From NCBI GenBank assembly GCA_049431025.1, contig JBMTCP010000009.1, positions 4,228 through 68,227 on the forward strand: 64,000 bases of DNA, read 5' to 3'. Origin of the DNA: Bacteroidia bacterium (GTDB lineage: Bacteria; Bacteroidota; Bacteroidia; UBA7662). A program made the position numbers and the translations under genes. Of the stretch, positions 1 through 8,526 are shown one piece after another. How positions within the stretch are numbered: the stretch's first letter is position 1; every line of letters starts with the position of its first letter. The notes beneath the pieces were generated by a model. It made no database searches. It worked only from the letters and a program-made list of their open reading frames with translations, and was not told the DNA's origin.

Positions 1-1
1 T

Positions 2-274
2 GCCTATCGACTCAATGTTTCTTCGACCAAGTCCATGACCGGTCACCTGTTGGGAGCGGCCGGTGCTGTGGAAGCCATCGCTTCCATCAAAGCCATCGGT
101 GAAGGCATCATTCCGCCTACCATCAATCATTTTACCGACGACCCAGCCTTTGACCCGGGCATCAACCTGACCTTCAACCAAGCCCAGAACCGCACGGTTC
201 GGGCTGCCCTGAGCAATACCTTCGGCTTTGGTGGTCATAACACCTCGGTCGTCTTCAAAGCTTACCGGGCTTAA
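2..274 (+). CDS. fabF: 3-oxoacyl-ACP synthase II, C-terminal part (5'-truncated by window edge)
   Basis: STKSMTGHLLGAAGAVEA and SNTFGFGGHN ketoacyl-synthase motifs; the frame is open to the window start; fabF-rnc order is typical of Bacteroidota. Confidence 0.95.
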   Translation, partial: AYRLNVSSTKSMTGHLLGAAGAVEAIASIKAIGEGIIPPTINHFTDDPAFDPGINLTFNQAQNRTVRAALSNTFGFGGHNTSVVFKAYRA

Positions 275-1062
275 TGCCTTTGCTTTCCCGTCTTTTTCAA
301 CCCGAAAATCCGCGCAAGGAGCTTCAAAAGCGCATTCGCGACCTAACCGGTTTGCGAATTCGCAATGCAAGTCTCTTTGAATTGGCTTTTACGCACCCAT
401 TAGTCCATGGTCAAAAGACCCTAAGCTTTCATACCACCAACCAACGCCTGGAGTTTTTGGGTGATGCCGTGCTGGATTTGGTGGTAGCCGATTACCTTTT
501 TCGCAAGTTCCCTTTCAAACAAGAGGGTTTTCTTACCGAAATGCGTTCCAAAGTCGTCAACGGGGATTTTTTGGACCGCCTGGGGCGGCAATTGGGCTTG
601 GACCTTCTTCTCAAAGAAACCTCCCTCCGATTGGCCGATGAACCCGAATCGGCCCAAAAAAACAGGCATCTTGACCGTCAATTGACCAGCAAAGGTTCGG
701 TGACCGATGCATTTGAAGCCTTTGTTGGGGCCTTGTACCTGGATACCGGTTTCAAGAACACCAAACAATGGCTGGAGTCTGCCATCCTGGATCAACAAAT
801 CGACTGGGATGAACTCGAACAAAGCGGGCTCAACCCCAAAAGCAGACTCTTGGAATGGGCCCAAAAACACCGGGCCACCTACAAATTGGTTTGCGATGAA
901 ACCGAAACCACCCAGCGAGGAGGCAAAGCCACGCTTTACACCATCACGTTGTGGGTCAACGGGAAAGCCGAAACCTCGGCCCAAAATTTCAACAAACGCA
1001 AAGCCGAACAGGAAGCTGCCGCGCTTTTTTTTGAGCAAAGAGGTCAAAACGAAGGTCCTTGA
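274..1062 (+). CDS. rnc: Ribonuclease III
   Basis: NQRLEFLGDAVL signature, DAFEAFVGALYLD, C-terminal dsRBD (NPKSRLLEWAQK...KAEQEAA). Confidence 0.95.
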   Translation: MPLLSRLFQPENPRKELQKRIRDLTGLRIRNASLFELAFTHPLVHGQKTLSFHTTNQRLEFLGDAVLDLVVADYLFRKFPFKQEGFLTEMRSKVVNGDFLDRLGRQLGLDLLLKETSLRLADEPESAQKNRHLDRQLTSKGSVTDAFEAFVGALYLDTGFKNTKQWLESAILDQQIDWDELEQSGLNPKSRLLEWAQKHRATYKLVCDETETTQRGGKATLYTITLWVNGKAETSAQNFNKRKAEQEAAALFFEQRGQNEGP

Positions 1063-1083
1063 GGTTAAACTTTAGGTTCTTGT

Positions 1084-2832
1084 TTGACCGTGCAGCCCTT
1101 AGCCCCCGATACCCTACCGGCCAAAGCCTGGATTTTTCCGGAAGCCGAGCCCCGAGCTACGATTGATTCGTTGACCGAGGCCTTGGGTATGGACCGCAAC
1201 CTGGTTCAACTTCTGGTTCAACGAGGCATTCAAACCTTTGACGAAAGTAAGGCTTTTTTTAGGCCCCATTGGAACGATCTCCATGATCCAGGCCTAATGA
1301 AAGACATGGATAAGGCCGTGAAAACGCTGTCCGATTGCATTGATAACGGCCAGAGAATTTTGCTCTACGGTGATTACGACGTAGATGGTACAACATCGGT
1401 TGCTTTGTGTTATCGATTTCTGCGTAAATATTGTTCCGACATAGGCTACTATATACCGGATCGGCGTAGCGAAGGATACGGACTTTCTCGTCAAGGTTTG
1501 GACTGGGCCTACCAAAACGGATTTCGCTGTGTGGTCACCCTGGATTGCGGAACAACGGCTCTGGAACAAGTGGATTACGCCAACAGCCTCGGTATTCACG
1601 TTATTGTTACAGACCATCATCAACCTTCCGAGCATTTACCCAAGGCCAAGGCCATCCTGAATCCTCTTCAACCGGGTTGCTCATATCCTTTCAAAGACCT
1701 TAGCGGTTGCGGCGTAGCTTTCAAGTTCTTGGTCGCTCTATGTCAGCATTGTGAATGGCCTATGTCCGAATTGCTTGATCATTTGGAACTGGTGGCTATC
1801 AGCATTGCCGCTGATATGGTCCCGTTGACGGGGGAGAATCGGGTTTTGACGCATTATGGTCTCCAAAAACTCAACAACCAGCCTACGGCAGGGGTGAAGG
1901 CGATGCTGCAACACTACAAGAACCGAAAACCGACCTTGGACCTTACGGATGTCATCTTTGGTCTATCACCACGGATTAACGCAGCCGGACGCATGGGCGA
2001 TGCACGCTTGGCGGTTCAGCTTTTGGTCAGCGAAGACTCCGAAGAATGTTTGCTATTGGCTGCTGAAATTGAAAACAGTAACCTGAATCGAAGGGATACC
2101 GACAGTGAAATTACCCGCATAGCCGTTGAACAAGCCCTGGCGATGCACCAAACCGACCAAAAAATGACCACGGTCGTTTGCGGTACCGAATGGCACAAAG
2201 GCGTCATTGGAATTGTGGCATCCCGTTTGGTGGAGCGATTTTATAAACCCACGGTGGTTTTTTGCCTTGAGGGCGATAAAATGACCGGCTCTGCTCGTTC
2301 CGTCCAGGGCTTTGACCTCTACCACGCACTCCAACAATGCTCCGATTGCATGGAACAATTTGGAGGGCACAAGTACGCTGCAGGCTTGACCTTAAAAGCC
2401 TCGGCCTACCCCGAATTTTGTCAGCGATTTGAGGCTGCGGTAGCGGCCACGCTGGAACCCTGGCAGCAACGACCCTCTCTGGCTATCGATTTGGAGATGC
2501 CTTTGGATACGATTAGTCCTAAGTTTTTTCGTATTCTACGCCAATACGCACCCTTTGGTCAGGGTAATCGGCAACCTGTTTTTTGTTCTCGAAGGGTTTA
2601 CGCCTCTCCCGGTTCACCCCGCATTGTTGGCCAAAATCACCTAAGCCTACGCATACAGCAAAAAGACGGTTCCCCCGGCTTCCAAGCTATTGCATTTGGA
2701 CAAGCGGCTTTACTTCCCTTGTTAGCCAAGGGCCTGCCTTTTGATATCGCGTATAGCCTGGATGAAAACCATTACCGCGGTCAGGTTGATATGCAATTAA
2801 GAATACTGGACCTTAGAACCGTTGAGCCTTAG
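1084..2832 (+). CDS. recJ: Single-stranded DNA exonuclease RecJ
   Basis: GDYDVDG, DCG, TDHH, PRINAAGR, GSARS and FGGH DHH-family motifs. Confidence 0.95.
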   Translation: MTVQPLAPDTLPAKAWIFPEAEPRATIDSLTEALGMDRNLVQLLVQRGIQTFDESKAFFRPHWNDLHDPGLMKDMDKAVKTLSDCIDNGQRILLYGDYDVDGTTSVALCYRFLRKYCSDIGYYIPDRRSEGYGLSRQGLDWAYQNGFRCVVTLDCGTTALEQVDYANSLGIHVIVTDHHQPSEHLPKAKAILNPLQPGCSYPFKDLSGCGVAFKFLVALCQHCEWPMSELLDHLELVAISIAADMVPLTGENRVLTHYGLQKLNNQPTAGVKAMLQHYKNRKPTLDLTDVIFGLSPRINAAGRMGDARLAVQLLVSEDSEECLLLAAEIENSNLNRRDTDSEITRIAVEQALAMHQTDQKMTTVVCGTEWHKGVIGIVASRLVERFYKPTVVFCLEGDKMTGSARSVQGFDLYHALQQCSDCMEQFGGHKYAAGLTLKASAYPEFCQRFEAAVAATLEPWQQRPSLAIDLEMPLDTISPKFFRILRQYAPFGQGNRQPVFCSRRVYASPGSPRIVGQNHLSLRIQQKDGSPGFQAIAFGQAALLPLLAKGLPFDIAYSLDENHYRGQVDMQLRILDLRTVEP

Positions 2833-2833
2833 A

Positions 2834-3586
2834 ATGGAGCTTCGCGCCGAATTGATCTCCAAAACGTACGGCCGGCGACAAGTCGTTCAATCCGTTAGCC
2901 TCCGCGTACAGCGCGGTGAAATTGTTGGATTACTCGGTCCCAACGGAGCCGGAAAAACCACCTGCTTTTATATGTTGGTAGGTTTGGTCCAACCCGATAG
3001 CGGCAAGGTCATGTTGGATGATAAAGATCTCACTCATCTTCCTATGTTCGAAAGGGCCCGACTCGGTTTGGGCTACCTCCCCCAAGAAGCTTCCATCTTT
3101 AGGAAATTAAGCGTTGAAGATAATATTCGTGCTGTGCTGGAATTAACGGATTTGGACCGAGAGGCCCAAAACCAAAAAGCCGAGAGCCTCTTGGCCGAAT
3201 TCAATTTGGAACGTGTTCGCAAAACCCGGGGAGATCTTCTAAGCGGTGGAGAACGCCGACGTACCGAAATGGCCAGGGCCCTGGCCACCGATCCCGCTTT
3301 TATGTTATTGGACGAACCTTTTGCCGGGGTTGATCCGATTGCCGTCGAAGATATCCAAAAAATTATTTTTGCGCTCAAACGCCGTAACATTGGTGTGCTA
3401 ATCACCGACCATAATGTTCAGGAAACCTTGTCCATTACCGACCAAGCCACGCTTTTGTTTGAAGGCAAAATCCTACGCCAAGGTTCTACGGAAGACATGG
3501 CCCAAGACCCCGAAGTTCGTCGCCTTTATTTAGGAAAGTCCTTCGAGTTCAAGCGTAAGTCCTTTGAATCGGATACGGTCCTTTGA
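2834..3586 (+). CDS. lptB: LPS export ABC transporter ATP-binding protein
   Basis: GPNGAGKTT, YLPQEASIFRKL, LSGGERRR, LDEPFAGVDP, ITDHNVQETL; ATG at 2834 just after the recJ stop. Confidence 0.93.
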   Translation: MELRAELISKTYGRRQVVQSVSLRVQRGEIVGLLGPNGAGKTTCFYMLVGLVQPDSGKVMLDDKDLTHLPMFERARLGLGYLPQEASIFRKLSVEDNIRAVLELTDLDREAQNQKAESLLAEFNLERVRKTRGDLLSGGERRRTEMARALATDPAFMLLDEPFAGVDPIAVEDIQKIIFALKRRNIGVLITDHNVQETLSITDQATLLFEGKILRQGSTEDMAQDPEVRRLYLGKSFEFKRKSFESDTVL

Positions 3587-3608
3587 ATTGAACCCCTAAC
3601 TCAACCCC

Positions 3609-5135
3609 GTGTCGGTATTTAATCAATTGGTTTCGTGGTGGTTCAAGAAAAGGATGCATCAAATGGAGCTCTTTATGCGTTACCCGCACGATGTCCAAAA
3701 TGAAGTCCTCCAAAAACTCATATTCAAAGCCAAAAACACCGCATGGGGCGAATTGTACGGGTATAGCCAAATTCAGGGCCCGCATGACTTTGCAGAGAAG
3801 GTTCCATTGAGCACTTACGAGGATTTGTTTCCCTGGATTCAGCGATGCATGGAGGGCGAAAGTTCGGTGTTATGGCCCGGAGATATTCGTTGGTTCGCTA
3901 AATCGAGCGGAACCACCAACGACCGGAGCAAGTTCATTCCGGTCAGCGAAGCCGCATTGCAGGATTGCCATTACAAGGGAGCCAAAGATTTGTTATCGGT
4001 TTATTGCAACCGCCGCCCCGACAACGCTCTTTTTGAAGGCAAATGCCTGACCATCGGAGGTAGTCAATCCATTAACCCTCTGAATTCCAACAGCTATACA
4101 GGCGACCTTTCCGCTCTATTGATGCACAATCAGCCCTTTTGGGCAGATTTTATCAGGACCCCCGATTTATCGGTAGCCCTGATGGGTGATTGGGAACAAA
4201 AGATGGAGCGTATTGTTGCGGATACCGTCAAGGAGAATGTGACCAATATGGCGGGTGTCCCAACCTGGATACTCTTGATTTGTCGGCAAATGCTGGCCAT
4301 GACCGGCAAGAAAAACATGTTGGAAATATGGCCCGACATGGAGGTTTACTTCCATGGAGGGGTTGGGTTTCATCCCTACCGCGCACAGTTTCAACAACTT
4401 TTTCCATCCCCCAAAACATGGTACCTGGAGACCTATAACGCCTCCGAAGGATTTTTTGGATTGGCTTTGGAACCGCACCAGGACGAGATGCTCCTGATGC
4501 TGGATTACGGTATTTATTACGAATTTATTCCTTTGGAAGAAATAGATCTCGAAAACCCTACGGTGTTGCGCCTGGATCAGGTCCAAACCCAAAGAGGCTA
4601 TGCCATGGTCATTTCAACCAACAGTGGATTATGGCGTTACCAAATCGGAGATACGGTAACCTTTACCTCCACCCAACCCTATACGGTTCGTGTGCTTGGC
4701 CGAACCCGTTCCTTTATCAACGCGTTCGGTGAAGAGCTGATGGCAGAGAATGCCGAAACGGCCATAGAAGCAGCCTCCAAAGCCTGCGGTGCACAGGTTA
4801 GGGATTATACCGCTGCCCCCCTCTTTTTGGAGCAAGGTCAGGCCGGACGCCACCAATGGCTCATTGAATTTGAAACAGTACCGGACAGTTTACCCCGTTT
4901 TGCTCAAATACTGGACGAACATCTTCGACAAAACAATTCGGATTACGACGCCAAACGGCACAAGAACCTTGCCCTTTTGGAGCCGGAGATCCTCCCACTG
5001 CCTGAAGGTACTTTTTATCAATGGTTGGCATCCCGTAACAAACTAGGCGGCCAACACAAAATACCTCGCCTCGCCAACCACCGCGACCTGGTGGATGCCC
5101 TCTTGGCGCAGGTTAACACCAAGAGCCCGAATTAA
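3609..5135 (+). CDS. GH3 auxin-responsive promoter family acyl-adenylate enzyme
   Basis: FAKSSGTT, YNASEGFFG, GLWRYQIGD and GGQHKIPRL motifs of bacterial GH3 proteins. Confidence 0.9.
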   Translation: MSVFNQLVSWWFKKRMHQMELFMRYPHDVQNEVLQKLIFKAKNTAWGELYGYSQIQGPHDFAEKVPLSTYEDLFPWIQRCMEGESSVLWPGDIRWFAKSSGTTNDRSKFIPVSEAALQDCHYKGAKDLLSVYCNRRPDNALFEGKCLTIGGSQSINPLNSNSYTGDLSALLMHNQPFWADFIRTPDLSVALMGDWEQKMERIVADTVKENVTNMAGVPTWILLICRQMLAMTGKKNMLEIWPDMEVYFHGGVGFHPYRAQFQQLFPSPKTWYLETYNASEGFFGLALEPHQDEMLLMLDYGIYYEFIPLEEIDLENPTVLRLDQVQTQRGYAMVISTNSGLWRYQIGDTVTFTSTQPYTVRVLGRTRSFINAFGEELMAENAETAIEAASKACGAQVRDYTAAPLFLEQGQAGRHQWLIEFETVPDSLPRFAQILDEHLRQNNSDYDAKRHKNLALLEPEILPLPEGTFYQWLASRNKLGGQHKIPRLANHRDLVDALLAQVNTKSPN

Positions 5136-6121
5136 TGGTCTCTTTCCGCAGCAAAAATCAATAAATCCTCCAGGCTCTTCCGGCAAATTCCCGCCGGAAA
5201 CCCCTCCAATTGTCGCTGACCCTTAAGGACCAAGTCCTTCATAATACGTTGGGCATAATCCAGTCCCCCGCTCTTTTCTATAAACTCCACAATGCGAGTA
5301 ACATTTCCCGGATCTGCCGGTTGATCCTTGATGAGACCAATCCAACGCCGTCGTTCAAGCCAAGAAGCCTTGGACAGTGCATAAATCAAAGGCAAGGTTA
5401 GCTTCTTTTCCTTGATATCGGCCAAAGGAGCCTTTCCAGTACGGTGCCCATCAAAATCCAAGAGGTCATCCCTCATCTGGAAAACAAGTCCCAAGGTTTC
5501 ACCAAAAAGCCTGGCTCCCTCGACCTGTTTTGCATTTTCTTCGCCTTCTCCCAATACCGAAGCGACCCCAACCGCACAACAAGTAGCCATTAAACTGGCT
5601 GTTTTGGCTGAGATGATCTCAAAATAAACCTCCTCGGTAATATCCAGTTTGCGGGCTTTTTCAATTTGCAAAAGTTCGCCTTCGCTCATTCGGCGAACCG
5701 CATCAGAGGTCAGATGCAAGACTTGATAATCCTTGTGCTCCAAGGCCAACAACAAACCTCTACTGAGCAGGTAATCGCCTATGAGGACGGCGATCTTGTT
5801 CTTCCACAAGGCATTAATGCTCCAGAAGCCCCTGCGCACCGGAGCCCCGTCCACCACATCATCGTGGACCAAGGTGGCGGTATGGAGTAGCTCCACCAAA
5901 GCCGCAGCACGACGGGTACGCTCACCGCATTCTCCGTAACAACGAGCAGCCAAATACACCAACATGGGCCGGATTTGTTTGCCCTTGCGACGAACGATAT
6001 AACGGGTAACCCAATCAAGCAAGGGAACCTTGCTCTTCATCAAATCCCGAAAGGTGGATTCAAATCCATCCAATTCGGCAGCCACCGGGGCCTTGATGCG
6101 ATCCAGCGGAGAATGAGCCAC
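5132..6121 (-). CDS. ispB: Polyprenyl (octaprenyl-type) diphosphate synthase
   Basis: GKQIRP, LVHDDVVD (FARM), FQMRDDLLD (SARM). Confidence 0.88.
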   Translation of the reverse strand: MAHSPLDRIKAPVAAELDGFESTFRDLMKSKVPLLDWVTRYIVRRKGKQIRPMLVYLAARCYGECGERTRRAAALVELLHTATLVHDDVVDGAPVRRGFWSINALWKNKIAVLIGDYLLSRGLLLALEHKDYQVLHLTSDAVRRMSEGELLQIEKARKLDITEEVYFEIISAKTASLMATCCAVGVASVLGEGEENAKQVEGARLFGETLGLVFQMRDDLLDFDGHRTGKAPLADIKEKKLTLPLIYALSKASWLERRRWIGLIKDQPADPGNVTRIVEFIEKSGGLDYAQRIMKDLVLKGQRQLEGFPAGICRKSLEDLLIFAAERDH

Positions 6122-6125
6122 CGAA

Positions 6126-6593
6126 TCAGTAAACCTCGGTCCTTAGGCTGGAGGAATAGTTGAGCTTGAGGGCGTTGGCCTTACGCAATTCTTGCTTGAC
6201 GTCGGTCACAATACCCATTTTGACCTCGCGGTCCGCCTTGATAGAGGTCGTTAACAAAGGAACTTCCTGCTCCGAACGTGCAGCCCTCTCTTTGTCGATG
6301 AATTCCGCTATCATGGATGGTGTGGCGAAGGCATCGTTCAATTGGATACGGGGTGCTGTTCCAAACTGTGCCCTGTATGTTTCGGTAGGAACGCCGATAT
6401 GGATATACGATACCAGGGACTTTTTCTCCAGCTTTTGAATTTCGGTGGCTTGTGGGACCACGACTTTGATTTTCAAATCCGTTTCCCTCATGACCGTGGT
6501 GACCATAAAAAAGAACAAAAGCATGAAAACGATATCCGGTAGGGATGCCGTACTGATCGCCGGAGTTGGCTTCTCTTTTTTCTTGAGCTTCAT
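6126..6593 (-). CDS. exbD: ExbD/TolR family biopolymer transport protein
   Basis: SLPDIVFMLLFFFMV TM helix with conserved Asp; IKADREVKMG. Confidence 0.9.
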   Translation of the reverse strand: MKLKKKEKPTPAISTASLPDIVFMLLFFFMVTTVMRETDLKIKVVVPQATEIQKLEKKSLVSYIHIGVPTETYRAQFGTAPRIQLNDAFATPSMIAEFIDKERAARSEQEVPLLTTSIKADREVKMGIVTDVKQELRKANALKLNYSSSLRTEVY

Positions 6594-6611
6594 GGCAGAA
6601 TGTTGGAAAAT

Positions 6612-7139
6612 TTAACCTTCGGGTTCGGCCTCTGAGATAACCTGACGATAATAATCCTTGATTTCGTTTTGTTGGCTTTCGGGCAATCTATCCAAAGATT
6701 TGCCGTACAACTGCTTGGCCCGGGCATCCCGTAATTCGTTGTACGACGCTTTGAGTTCGTTATGAACCTGAATGTAGAGATTGTAGGAAGTGCCCCGGTC
6801 GTTTTTGAGGGAAACAATGGCTTTTTGAGGGGATTCAGCCAAATCGGGATTCATGGAAGGATTATCAATGAAATCCTTGGTTTTACGCTTCAGATCCTTG
6901 ATATCGGTAGGCTCACCGTCCACCAGCAACATATCGTTGGCATTAACCAAAACCTTGAGAACATTACGCTCCTTAATGCGGATATCGTTTTCGGGTTGGT
7001 TTTCCTCGGGCATCGGTGGAAGCTTAATCGCTATGCCCTTGTCCGTATCAATGGTCGTTGTTACCAAAAAAAAGATAAGCAGCAAGAAGGCGATATCCGC
7101 CATGGAACCTGCATTGACTTCGGGAACAGCTCTTGGCAT
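6612..7139 (-). CDS. exbD: ExbD/TolR family biopolymer transport protein (second paralogue)
   Basis: SMADIAFLLLIFFLV TM helix; LKNDRGTSY. Confidence 0.9.
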   Translation of the reverse strand: MPRAVPEVNAGSMADIAFLLLIFFLVTTTIDTDKGIAIKLPPMPEENQPENDIRIKERNVLKVLVNANDMLLVDGEPTDIKDLKRKTKDFIDNPSMNPDLAESPQKAIVSLKNDRGTSYNLYIQVHNELKASYNELRDARAKQLYGKSLDRLPESQQNEIKDYYRQVISEAEPEG

Positions 7140-7173
7140 AAGATCAGAATAGGATGATTAACGATTGAAAAAA

Positions 7174-7506
7174 TTAACGCAAGGCGTTCAGTATTTCCCC
7201 AACAATTAATAAAACAAGGGTCAAAATGCTGGTAATGTAGAGCATGATGAGGGCAGCACCGATCAATTTGGACGAGCTGGGCGTAATTCCAAACTTTTGG
7301 TAAGAGTCCAACACCTCATTACCCGATAAGGCGTAACTCAATCCAAAAATGACCAAGAGGGAACCCACAGAAATAAGCATCTTTTTGGCCGCTTCCAGAT
7401 TTCGGAATACCTCCACCAAGGGAAAACCAACCGATGCAAGGACACCGATGCCGAGTAAAAGATAGACCAAGTACAGGCCTAAATCGATCATGAATTCAGA
7501 TCCCAT
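7174..7506 (-). CDS. Small 3-TM hypothetical membrane protein in the exbB-exbD-exbD operon
   Basis: Three hydrophobic segments; ATG at 7506 (or 7491) just after the exbB stop; the ORF-track extension to 7572 overlaps exbB. Confidence 0.75.
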   Translation of the reverse strand: MGSEFMIDLGLYLVYLLLGIGVLASVGFPLVEVFRNLEAAKKMLISVGSLLVIFGLSYALSGNEVLDSYQKFGITPSSSKLIGAALIMLYITSILTLVLLIVGEILNALR

Positions 7507-7510
7507 GGGT

Positions 7511-8350
7511 TTATTTTTTGTTGTGCTTAACCAACAGGTCGATAAGTCCAATCGAAGCATCTTCCATGGCATTGACCAGGGAATCTAACTTGGAAATGAG
7601 GTAATTGTAGAAAATTTGAAGGATAATCGCTACGATCAAACCAAATACGGTGGTCAAAAGTGCGACTTTGATACCACCGGCCACCAAAGAAGGACTGATA
7701 TCTCCGGCAATTTCAATAGCATCAAAAGCCTGAATCATCCCCACGACCGTACCCAAGAAACCCATCATCGGGGCAAGGGCAATAAACAGCGATACCCAGA
7801 TTAATCCACGCTCTAGTTGACCCATTTGAACGGATCCGTATGCAGTAACGGCCTTTTCTGCGATCTCTACACCTTCATCTGCACGATCAAGGCCCTGGTA
7901 AAAAATACTGGCTACAGGGCCACGAGTATTTCGGCATAGTTCTTTGGCTGCTTCAATTCCACCGCTGTTAAGAGCGCTTTCAACATTTGATAACAGTTTG
8001 CGGTTGTTACTTGATGCCAAATTCAAAAAAATCACCCTTTCGATGACTACGCCCAAACCCAAAATCAAACAAAGCAAAACGGGTGCCATCCAGACAACGT
8101 CCCCTTCAATGAATTTCTGTTTGAAGACATAGTGAATGGAGTCGCCCCCTTCGTTCACCGGGGCTGCTTCGGTCGAAGCTGTCGAATCGGCAGCTGCAGG
8201 TGCAGAGGAATCACCCTGAGCTTTAGCGGCGGTATCCGCTGTTTGAGCTGCAGATGGTTGAGCAGCTTTACCCTGTGCTTGGGCATCAAAACCAAAACCC
8301 ACAAGGGCAAGGGCAAGGAGACCGGCGGTGAATAGAACGATTTTTTTCAT
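7511..8350 (-). CDS. exbB: MotA/TolQ/ExbB proton channel protein
   Basis: APMMGFLGTVVGMI, GIKVALLTTVFGL; signal peptide from ATG 8350 plus an Ala-rich linker. Confidence 0.92.
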   Translation of the reverse strand: MKKIVLFTAGLLALALVGFGFDAQAQGKAAQPSAAQTADTAAKAQGDSSAPAAADSTASTEAAPVNEGGDSIHYVFKQKFIEGDVVWMAPVLLCLILGLGVVIERVIFLNLASSNNRKLLSNVESALNSGGIEAAKELCRNTRGPVASIFYQGLDRADEGVEIAEKAVTAYGSVQMGQLERGLIWVSLFIALAPMMGFLGTVVGMIQAFDAIEIAGDISPSLVAGGIKVALLTTVFGLIVAIILQIFYNYLISKLDSLVNAMEDASIGLIDLLVKHNKK

Positions 8351-8368
8351 GGTTTTTAGATGGATGAG

Positions 8369-8376
8369 CAAAAATA
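8369..8376 (-). promoter_or_regulatory. Bacteroidota -7 promoter box (TATTTTTG) for the exbB operon
   Basis: Exact TAnnTTTG on the minus strand, 18 nt upstream of the ATG. Confidence 0.6.
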
Positions 8377-8459
8377 GAAAAGAATAAGGTTTATTGGGTT
8401 GTCCTTAGGTTAAGAGAGGCAATTATACGGTCTTCAAGACCTGAATGAACGATTTTGAC

Positions 8460-8492
8460 AAAAAACAATGCCCGGAACAAGTCCGGGCATTG
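8460..8492 (-). terminator. Intrinsic terminator of the cohesin/choice-of-anchor I gene
   Basis: 11-bp stem CAATGCCCGGA/TCCGGGCATTG followed by a T-run on the minus strand. Confidence 0.8.
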
Positions 8493-8526
8493 CATTTGAA
8501 TTAAAGGATAGGTCCAAAGATGCTCC

